Assembly: GCA_965655095.1 (NCBI GenBank)
Contig: OZ296656.1
Span: 56,606,001 to 56,670,000, forward strand
Reading direction: 5' to 3'
Origin: Haplodiscus bocki
Lineage: Eukaryota
Length of the DNA stretch: 64,000 nt
Of the stretch, positions 12,611 to 23,600 are shown one piece after another. The notes under the pieces are model-generated. The model made no database searches. It saw only the letters and a program-made list of their open reading frames with translations, and had not been told where the DNA came from. The first letter of the stretch is position 1; each line of letters opens with the position of its first letter. The position numbers and the translations under genes are program-made.

Positions 12611-13033
12611 TCCACCCTGAAACCCAAAATCCAGCTATGACCTTTCCTAACATTTGACAGCATGACCTTCATCCAGTGTCTCACAGTACCCTTCCCTTTT
12701 TGTTTTGCTGATGTTTACAAACACTTTTCATTGACAGAGTGCAAAACATCACACCACTGCCTTTTCGAGCCATCGTAAGCACAACGTCTAACTCATCATT
12801 TACCGTTACCTTGTACAAATTGTAATTTTTGTCTCGTATATTGTTGCGCTCGATTATCCACTCATACAAGTGGAATTTTAAACCTATTCTCTTAGCTGGA
12901 GTTTTCACTGGAGACGATCGTGGAGGCGCAATTACTGTACATCAGTTGCTCATAAGGGTCATCTAAGGTTCTGAAGGAAACAACGTCCAAGTTGAAAATT
13001 AATCACATTTCATTCAACTTTTTTGCAACTCAC

Positions 13034-13361
13034 CTTACTGAGCAAAAACGGTAGATACTGTTTTCTGCTCTGCAGATCGTAGCGAATCCACCGCATCATT
13101 GATTTAAACACCTCGGCTTCCGATGGAACATGGATGTCTTCGCTTGCTAACAAAATAGCGAGTCTCTGGTAGGAAAGTTGGGAGAACTCGTCCTCCTGGC
13201 TGACGGCTGTGTAGTGCTCTTCTATGTAGAGGTTAGAGGAACTCTTCAACTCCTCGCAAGTATGCATATCCGCGAACTCGTTTATACCCAGACAGTTCGA
13301 GGGGTGCAGCTGGTTAGCGAGAAATTTGCAACAAGCGTTCACAACATCAGATAGTTGCAAC
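13034..13361 (-). CDS. Kelch-like protein, exon encoding end of BTB and BACK domain
   Basis: LQLSDVVNACCKFLANQLHPSNCLGINEFADMHTC..LLASEDIHVPSEAEVFKSMMRWIRYD; canonical donor AAG|GTGAGT at 13033; acceptor is non-canonical (see findings). Confidence 0.9.
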
Positions 13362-13798
13362 ATAGAAATCAGATGTCCAATTGACACAAAATGCCAACAG
13401 AAATAGCTCAGATTGTGGAAACCAAATTTTCGGAACTAGAGCGTTGTTAGTGGTTTTCCGAAAACTCTGCCTCATTTTTTCCACAATTAATAACAAAGCT
13501 ATGTTTAATTAAAGCAGGAAAATTTTTTTGACCTCGTTCGTCATCATTTTATCCGAACATTACTTCACCAAAAAGACACTTTTATTAGCAAAACAATGAA
13601 GACTATGTTACTTAAAACAGCAACTTAAAAAATCTTAACCTACCGAGGTTACCAAATATCATTTCTAGGTCATGTTTTTTTACCGGGTCGCAATAAGGAT
13701 GTCAATTTATAGTGGTTTTGATGAATCCAATGAAAGATTTTCTTCCTGGTTTTAAATCAATGTCAAACTAATAACTTGGTCAATTGGACATAACGTAC

Positions 13799-14151
13799 AT
13801 AGATCCGGCCTGCAACAAACTTTGTACATTGCTAGTTTTGATCTCAATTTTGCCTACGTAGATATAATCCACAAGCAGAGTGATAGCAGCCTCTGACACA
13901 TCTCTCAACTCAACCACACTTTGGTCGCTCTCAGTACAGGGCCCCGTGAACATGGCGCAGAAGTAGTGACTCCCGCTGGACAAAACTACTTTGTGCGCGG
14001 GAATCTGAAGTTTTCCCACTTTGAGGGTGACGTCACAGAATTTGTGCTGTTTGCGGAGGGAGTTCATGAACTGCAGGGCTTTTCGACCCAGGTCTTGGTC
14101 GGCCTCGTGAACAACCGACTCGGGTTCACGCTCGAACACATCGTAGTCCAT
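13799..14151 (-). CDS. Kelch-like protein, exon encoding BTB/POZ domain
   Basis: MNSLRKQHKFCDVTLKVGKLQIPAHKVVLSSGSHYFCAMFTG..LLVDYIYVGKIEIKTSNVQSLLQAG; donor AT|GTACGT at 13798; ATG at 14151; upstream TTTCAG acceptor ending at 14195. KLHL subfamily not assigned. Confidence 0.9.
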
Positions 14152-14514
14152 CACAAAGACGCTACTATGGCTATTTGGCTGACATAAATTACATCTGAAA
14201 TTAAAATGTGACATTCTGTAACATTAATAAGCGAAGTTCACGTAATTTAAAGAATTTACAAGAATAACAAGAACAAGGAAAGTAGCAAGTCTCTGCTTTA
14301 GCAGAAAAGAAAATATGTTTTTTATTCTTGTTTTACAATATGAAAGCGCTGAAAAGTTGGTATGCTTTCAAAATATAATTTTATACTTTCGAAATATTCA
14401 TAAGTTTAAATGATTGAATTCATCGAATTTTTGAATTAACGGATCAAGTTTATTGATATTTTTAAGAACCATCACATTTTTACAATATTTTACACAATTT
14501 ACAGATAATATTCA

Positions 14515-14520
14515 TTTATT
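14515..14520 (-). terminator. Candidate polyadenylation signal (AATAAA) of the WDR34 gene
   Basis: tttatt on the + strand, ~15 nt after the stop codon. Confidence 0.45.
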
Positions 14521-14535
14521 AAATTTTTATCCAGA

Positions 14536-14665
14536 TCATTTATGTACTGCACAAAGTTTTTCCAGCTGCAACAACTCATCCATATCTTTGGAGTGAGTGA
14601 ACTGCGAACTCAAATTCCACAACTTAATTTGCCCCGAGGAATCTCCTGTCAAAATGACATCTTTC
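14536..14665 (-). CDS. WDR34: WDR34 exon 12 (last)
   Basis: ttccag|G KDVILTGDSSGQIKLWNLSSQF..VHK*. Confidence 0.88.
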
Positions 14666-17600
14666 CTGGAATCACACAACACAAATCTAAAGCTAAATAT
14701 TCACAACTTAATTATTATACGTAGAAATAAAAAATGAAGTCTTGGATTTCGCGAATGTGGGTTTAAAAAACGTATTTGAGCACACAAATCAAAAACTTGA
14801 AAGCCATTTTCTTTTGTTTGAATCGATATCGATCTTTAATTCGAAATGACACCTGCTTCCAATTCCATGCCAATTTTACCACACATAGTAGTCAGCTTTT
14901 TAAATTCTTATTAAATGCAGCTCAATTTAGTACCTGGAGATATTGAACTTGACGAATGTCCCAGCTACCGTTGAAGTCCTTGTTTTGGATTTGGCGCTAA
15001 GGAGTATGGTAACAACGGGTTCGCTTTTGTTAACCACCAGGTCGAACAAGAATAGTTTGCCACTCTGAGTTACAGCTGCTAACACCATTGGGCGAAATGG
15101 CGACCAATCAACACACGAAACAGAGTCCCCAATTCTCAATGTCAAAGAGGGTTCGGCCTGAAACAAATACTCTGCGGTTCCAAACAAGCGAGAGGGTTAT
15201 ATTTAGAGGGGTAGGGGTGTCCAGTACGTTTTTGTTGAAGAATAAACACAGAGGCGAAGCGTAACTTCGCAACACATTCTGACTTGTCAGTTGAGATCAA
15301 AGATCCTGAAATACATTTCAAACTATGATTCGATCCAAGATGTCATTAACACTTTTAAATTACTACAAAAGCTGTCTATCATGCAATTGCTCGAAAAAGT
15401 CGAAATAAAACGAGTACCTGTCCAAGTGTCACGCATTCAAAAGTGGATCTGTCAATGTTTTTTCGCCGTCTAATGTTTAAGAGATTTGCACAGTAGACAA
15501 CGCACAAAAATTAGCCATATACTGCCCACACTGTCTCATACTCAAAACATTGATGTGAAACATGACCTTTTAAGACGCTGTTACTAATTTTTTTCAGGCC
15601 AATGTTTGAGTTTGAAACATTAAAAAAACTTCCACTTCTCAGAACGCAAAAATAAACAAGTACCTGTCAAATGCCCCAAAAGAGGCCCTTTTTGACAGTA
15701 TTCACTAGATGACTAGACTCTGATAACGTCAAAAAATAGACAGGATAAAAAATTAAGCATAAGGCGGTTTCAATACACACTCTTCCATTCAGTCAGAATG
15801 CGTAAAGTTACTTCATATATATATATAGGTAAAGGGGATTTGATAGATATTGCCGATTTGCCCAACTGAGGCTCAAAAACGTGTGCCTATCCCAAAATTT
15901 ATTTTTCTCAAATCCACACGCACAAAAAAAATCAAATTTAATGTATCATGAGCGCGGTCCTCCTTTACAACAATAAAAATGAAAAATTTCGTTAACAGTG
16001 CGCTTGCAAACACTTGAATTTTTTGAAAAGGAGTGTCTATATATTTCGTGTTAAAATCCCGTCCCGTAGAGAGGGTCTTTCGATTAACGAAGAGCGGGAA
16101 GTAATTTTGAGTACCGTATCCTATCCGGGGGTCTCAAATATTATGAGCCCAAAAATCAGCGGTTCATATGCTCCATATTGACTTTTTCCATGATAACATT
16201 AACAGAAGAGAGAATGATTGCGAAACATTACCTTATTATTCTAGAAATAATGGCCCACATATATATATTTTTAAAAGATTTTAATTTCAAATACTTGACG
16301 TTTTCGACACTAAGTATCATCATCAGAAACTGCAAATACTTTACAATGATAACACCATACTTAAAGGCATGCATTATGACTAACATTGACACTACATTAT
16401 ATATTAATATAGACGATAAGATTGCGACAGATATACATTTTTTTTGTTTCACAACCGAATACTTTGGAGCAATCAAAGTTTTGGATCACAGCAGGTAATA
16501 ATTTTTTCAAACAGTTGGCAAAATTGGTAAGCTGACCTGCAAAACATTGTATACTCTGATGGTAGCATCTGTTGAGCAGGTCGTGACAATGTTTCTGTGG
16601 AATGGACAAGTAGCAACATACGTCACCGGGCAGAAATGAGGAGCGAGACACAATTGAGCCGCCGAGCTAAACTGCACATCTTGTTGGGTTATACCTAAAA
16701 CAAATAAGAAGCCAACATCTCACAAAAAGCCTTCAGCTCCAACAGACTTTAGGATCAACAACACAGTTTTTCTTACATTTTGAAGCAACCAGATCAGCCT
16801 ACCAGCTTACACGACCGACTATCACTGAGACACCTTGGTTCTTTAGAGCACAACGCCCAAAAATATGGCTGACTCGATTTATCTGAAAGTCCTGAAAGGG
16901 AGGGACACTTACTGTGTACAATACGGTTTTTGCTAGAGTAGGTGAATGAACATTTGAATAGACCGCCAGTTTCAGATCCCACAATGAAAGATGTTTGATC
17001 TTGTGAAAAAGTTGCCATCACCGTCACTAAAACGGAAGAAACTCTGAAAATATGAGCATTTTCTAGAAGTAAATTAAGTATCAAAATTTGACTTCAATCA
17101 TTTTCAATTCATTCAACCATACAGTGGCATATTTCACACCATTCAACACAGAGGCGAAGCTGGGCTTCGCAACAATTGCGCCAATTGAATACGAGTGAAC
17201 AAATCGAACAAGTATAACTGATTTTGTAGGGTCACGGTACTACGAAAACTACTGATTAAACAATTAAACAGAATTTTAATTAACTCGGCTGTATATACGT
17301 AAATTTATTAAGTGCGAAGGAGTCAATTCGCTTTATATTTAATTAAAACAGGCGCGCAGGTTGGAAAATAGGCCACAAGAACAAATTTTTGCAAGAAAGC
17401 GAGAGCGCATGAACAAAATCTAGGCAACATTAGAATGTAGGCACAAATGCGAGTTGTGAACGAATCGGAAAATTTAGAAGACTGATATGAAAAAAAATTT
17501 AGAAGACTGAAATAACACTTGCTTTTGCAAGTGTAATGACTTGACTCAACAGCAACTAACCTCCTAAAGAAGCGTCTCCCGTAGTTGATCTTAATTTTGC

Positions 17601-20600
17601 ACTCGTCAAACTTTCAGCCAGCAACACTTGACTAAACAATTTCAGAGTAACAAAGGAGTTCAGCTACACCAAAATGAAAACATGAGTTTACTTACCCAGA
17701 AAGCAAAGTAAGCTGCTTATTTCTCTCGTCCAGTGATGATAATAAAATTTTACCATCTTGTCCCGCCGAAGCCAGCTGAAAACGAGGATGTACATGAAAT
17801 CCAATGAAACTGGAAACGAATTCTACAAGTTTAAACGGGCTTTCACGTGAGACTTGTTGTAATCCGATTGCCTGGAGGCTAGGGTTAAAGGTAACTCCAA
17901 AACAGGAAAAACTTCCATTTAGCACACGAATATACTGGGCGATTGGTCATTCATAAACAAATACTGGACCAAGTGAACACTCCCCCCCCCCAAAGTGACC
18001 AAGTGAACAATCCCCCCCAGACTATATTAGCTATCTGTAGCTGATCAGTATTGAAACCGGTGACTTAAACACCACTACATCGTCCGTTTGAAAGCCCTCG
18101 GTACTCTCGGAGATAATTACCTGGTGTCAATAGTAACAAGGGATACTCTTAGTTGAATTCTTCTGATAACAGTAATGATTTCTCTAGCATCGATTGCTTA
18201 AAGTGACCAAGTGAACAATCTCCCCCCTAGCAGCAGTTGGGGGGGGGGGGGGGTTGTTCACTTGGTCCCAAACACTTTACTGCGTTCGTAAAGAGTTATT
18301 TTTTTGTATAAAATTCTAAATCCAAGGCATTCGTTGTGGAAACGGCGCAACACTTGTTAATCCTTTTGATAACGACTTTGAAGTTTCAGAAAACTTGTCT
18401 TAATTCATTTTTATTAGTGAGTTTAAAAAATCACATATGAAACAGTGGCGAAGCTGTGTGAACAAATCGAACAAGTATAACTGATTTTTAAAAGGGCCAC
18501 GGTACTACTAAAACTACAGAATAAACAAATAAAGAAATTTAATTAAGTTAGTTAATTCTCATAAATGGTAAAGTCCCATAGCGTCGAAAGTCCACAACGT
18601 CGAAAATAAATAAAGTGTAGCACAGCGTCGAAAGCGAATTTCATTGGCCAATGAAAATTGAAAATAAATATGATTCGAAGCTAGAATTAATAAGGACAGT
18701 GATTTTCTGACGCGAATTTAAAATTAGCCTGCGAAATTAAACTGAAAGTAAATATTTGAAACGATAAATTCGGCTACATTAGCAGGTAAATTGGCCACTG
18801 ATCCACCTAAATTAAGTAACATCTGGGCTGTAAGACTGAAAATACCACTTAAGAATAGGAAATATCCACTTTTCGACGCTATGGGACCATTTATTTATTT
18901 TCGAAGTTATGGGACCAAAAATTTATTTTCGACGCTATGAATACGAACCCTCATAAATCTACATACCAGTATAACAAGTACGAACGAGTTTAGCCGTCAA
19001 TTCGCCTTATAAAGAATTAAAACGAATTTGCAGGCCACGTGAACAAATTTTCACAACTGAGCGAGAGCGCATGAACAAAATCTAGGCAACATTAGAATGT
19101 AGGCGTAAATCCGAGTAGTGAACGGATCGGAAAAGTCGACAGAAGCCTAGGATATAACACTTGCTTGGACAAGAGTAGTAGCTTACCATAAACGGAGCAT
19201 TGGGGAGATTGGACTCGGGATCTCGGACCCATAACACAGTGGATATAGGCTCCGTGTGAAGAGATGCCACATTCACAATCAACTGACTATTGTCGTCTCT
19301 GCTCAAATCGTAGATGAACACTTCTCCGTTGAAAGAACCAGCAGCAAGCAGTGATGGATTGCAAGGATGGAAAGCCAAGGTCGTCAAACAACCCTGCCAA
19401 AAGGCCAAGCTTCATTATCAAGGAAAACCAATTGTGAATCTTTTCAAGCAAAATTGATCTGATGATGCATATTTGCGATATTTAGAGGCCTTTATATCCA
19501 AAACTCACAATTTTTGGAGCCAAAAAATATTTCGTAGAGTAATAAGATAAAACCAAGAATAGGTTTACCGTGCATTCCAGACTATTGTGAGGTTTTTTTG
19601 GATCGATATTGTTTCTGTTGATATTCCACAAAACTATTTGAGACTAAAACAGAAACCCAAATCAACCCAGCAGTTGTTCAGTAACACAATTAGTAAGGAT
19701 GAAAAACTTACTTTATGAAGGCACCAATCTTCATGTTCGGTCTGGGCAGTGGACGCTGCAAAAAGATTTCCTTGCGAGTTCCACGATAAACATGATACAG
19801 AGCAGGGCATACTTGAAAGATCAAAGCCGGAAACTTGTGCTCCTTCCAATCGTTCGAATGAATCCATTGCACGCTGCTTTTTGTCTTCTTTTTGACCACC
19901 GGAGAAAAAATCGACAGCATTCTCCGAAGATTCCTCGACATTGAAGTTAGTTATGTCAGCAGAAGACACATGAGCAAAGAAAGTTTCCAAGCAGGTAACT
20001 TCAGCGTCTGTTTCTTCATTCCAATCAACGTCATAACCTAAATGAACCAATTTCGACAAACATTTTGAGAAAGGTCTAAAATTTGCGTTAAAGAATAACT
20101 CCATTGACGTTTTCGGACGTTTTTCAATTGGTGCTTTACTTTTTGTAAAGAGGCCGACAATTGTACTTATTTTTCGTAACATGACATAGTTCACAGCGAA
20201 CTGAACCAAGCCGGAAATAGTTGCAATTCAGACACTCGGCGCTCAGATATTACGTAAAAAATCCAGCGGCACTGTAACGCTTTTGTTATATGTAAACAAG
20301 CCTTAAGTGGAATATATTAGTCAACAAGGCATCAAAACTTCTTTCAAGACACCCTCCCGCGCTTGTCAATCATCATCATTGAGAATTGACCATTCGAGGT
20401 TTAAATGAGTTGTTCAGACGACTTATTTGACCAAAATTATTAGGTGTCCCAAAACAACGTTACATGTAAAAAAATTTCGTGGATTCCCGTATAACATAAG
20501 AGCAAAAAAATGAATTGAGTTCCCAGAAAACATAGAAAACAATTGATTTCCCAGAAAACATAGAAAACAATTGATTTCCCAGAAAACATAAAATTATGAT

Positions 20601-23600
20601 GAATTTTTCTGTTAACTCCCCCCCCTTCCCCCCAGTAGTAACGAGAAGTTCAACCCCCCTCTTCTGTGATTGGCTAAAATCATTCGCGCATGAGTTAACA
20701 CATTACACTGTTTATTATTCCGCATATCCAATATGGTGTGTGTGCGTGTGTGTGGAGGGGGGGGGGAGTTGACAAAATAGATTCAATTATTGAGTTAAGA
20801 AGAAACGAAAAAAAATATTATCAATGATATTATCAACTTAACAATAATGGCAAATTCCTACATTTACTGCAAAATGTTGAAAAATCAAAAGTTTTGGCAA
20901 TTCTATTTTTATTTTTAGGTTCTAAATTCGTAAAACTATTTGATATAAAAATTGAATCAAAAACACAAATTAATTTCGCCCATTTCTTCAGCCCCCCCCC
21001 CCCCCTCCTTCAGTACCAGTCCCCTTCTTACAACGGACTTCTGGAAGCATCGAAAATATACTGTGGTAGGGTTTTTTACAACGGGTTCGGGATTGAAGAA
21101 ACAGTGGGTGGGGGAGTGAAGAAGTAGAAGAAAAAGAAATAGGGGATGGAAAAAGTTGTGGTGCTGAATAAGTGGGGGGATTGAAGAAGTGAGAGATGAT
21201 TGAAAAGGGAGGTTTAAAAAATGGGGAGAGGGCGGGGGTAGATAATTAATTATTTTGAATATGTTGTTTTGATTCAACTTTTCTCAATTTTTACTATTTT
21301 GTACCTGTGCTCAATTTTCGGAGTAAGGAGAAAAAAAATATTCTCGGAGTAATGAAAATTTGAAAGTGTGAGTAAAAATTAAATGCCTAATTAAATCTGT
21401 TTTTAGTAAGCAAGACGCTCTTTCGCATTTTTATGTTAAGCGGGAGCTCAATTCAATTTTATGTTTACAGGCTTTATGTTATTTGTGACGTAATAAAAAA
21501 AATTCGACCTCTTAAAATGTCAGACTTTAGTTAATCAGACACTAAAACAGGTTCAAAACTGTTCTCCCACTTGTCAATCACAGCTTGTGATTCTAAGTTT
21601 AATCACCAAAGTGAAAGGTGCATCAGTTTGGTGAAATAAGAGTAAACAACTCTCAAAATCTCGAATCAAAAATTGTCATTTTCAAACTTTGAGCTTCAGT
21701 GGAGGTGCCAACTTGGTGATTGACGGTTGTGTCGCGATGACTTGAAAGAAGTTCCGATGTTTTGTTTACTCATATCAGCGTTTCAAGATTTTTCGAATTT
21801 AATTACATTTTTGAAATTTTTACTTGTAACGTTTTTTGGGACCTTATACCAGGTGGTTCGGACTTTTGCTCCCAAGAACAACTGAAATTTATTATTTCAC
21901 ATTTCATTTTTCCGATGGTTATATATTGAAAGGCATGAATTACTCGGAATAAATAATTGCATCAGTAATTGTTTTTGAGCGCATCCCTGGAAAATGTCAG
22001 GTAACTGGTTAATATTATTAAATAACAAGACGGCCGACTAGCACCGGCATATTTTTCGCAGGAACACAAAAATTTTGATTAACATTTGCCCACAGTTACA
22101 AACGAGACTATTGTTCAAAATCTAGTTCGCGAAAGTTTTCTACAAACATCAATTCCACCACTGATATCTATATTCTATGCAAAAGAGGGTATCACGACTT
22201 TTCGTTCAAATTTTTTTGTCTCACAGTACCGAAAAATTTCGCTGGGGAACACTTCGGTGTATCAGAAAATTTCGGGTAGCGAAAAATTTTATGCATAAGA
22301 AGGGGATATCACTAACCTCCGTCGAAAAATCTTTGTCTCACAGTGCCGATAAAATTCGTAGGAGAACCCTTCTGTGTTTCGAAAGAATTCTGGTATCGAA
22401 AAGTTTCAAGCAAAGGAGCGGGGAAGCTTCACGGTTTTGTCGAAATTTTTTTTATCTCACAGGACCGAGAAAACTTTGACAGGGAACCATTTTGTGTTTC
22501 AGAAAATTTCTGGTAGGGAAAAATATTTTATGGATAAGAGGAGGGGGTATCACGATTTTCCGTCGAACTTTCTGTCACACTGTACCGAAATATTTCATTG
22601 GAGAACATAGCCTAATTGTTGTGATAAACTTATTAAATAGTTTCCTATTGTCTATGATTGACTAATGATGATGACGGAGGAAGTCAAGAAGAAGTGAATA
22701 TGCCAAGATGCGTCACCAACATTAGAGCCAACGCAACATCACTGGGCTGCACTACATGTGGAAATTGGTACCACTTGAAATGTACCAAAATTGAAAAATC
22801 AGAACTGAAAAATTACAAAAATGCTCCCTATACTTGTAAATATTGCTTAAAAGATGAATATGAAAGCACCGTGATGCAATCTAAGAATCCTGGCCACATC
22901 TCGTCGAATGGACCGGGTTGTGCATCATCGGTGGGGCTAATCAGTCAGGGACTTGGGTCAGGTGTAGACGCCGGTTGCAATAGTGACGGAACCTTACCTG
23001 ACTCAGAACCTGATTCACCCGACGATTTCTGGAAAAAGCTCTCCGACAATGCACTTGCTACCCTGGAGGACATCTATAATGAGATAGTACATTGGAGGTC
23101 ACGCCATTTTGAGATCTACAACAACAAAGTAGGTAGAAAATTCGTTGATTGCATCAATGTGGCCTTATCAGCAATAGCCAATGACACTAAAGAGCAGAAA
23201 TTATCTATCCTGGCAGTCATGACCATGCCATACTTGGTCCTGATTAAGAACGAAAAACAAGGACGACGGATCTGTCAATGCAATTCTCAACCGGCGATTG
23301 AGTTTGTGGATTCAAGGTAAATTTATGGAGCTATTCAATGAAGCAAAAGCCCTCCATACCAGATCCAAAACGCTTTCCTGCAAGCGAAAAAGGGACCCCA
23401 GGAACAAGTTCATGAGGCACATGACGAACGGGAATGTTGCAAATGCCATCAGACAGCTCGAAGAAGACGAAGATGGTGGCGTACTAGACTTGTCCGACAA
23501 AATCGGAGACAAGACCGTGCTTCAGGTGTTAAAAGAGAAGCATCCTAGTCCAGTCAATGGACAGTTCATTGAGTCGCCGTCTGAAAACGTACTGCCGTTT

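Noticed and set aside
12681-12908. 75-aa ORF as the next kelch-like exon
   Set aside because: No BACK or Kelch motifs and no in-frame acceptor linking it to 13034.
16800-16890. Extra WDR34 exon suggested by the continuation of ORF 16794-17084
   Set aside because: It would need a ~20-nt intron and has no WD similarity; exon 9 joins exon 10 in frame without it.
20600-21280. Poly-C/poly-G tracts and Pro-rich ORFs
   Set aside because: Low-complexity intronic repeat with no coding signal.
22086-22610. Overlapping ORFs and CRISPR-like regular spacing in the gtctcacagt array (also 25868-26949)
   Set aside because: The whole unit is repeated with no unique spacers and no cas genes, in a eukaryotic context. 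The ORFs are chance products of the satellite.
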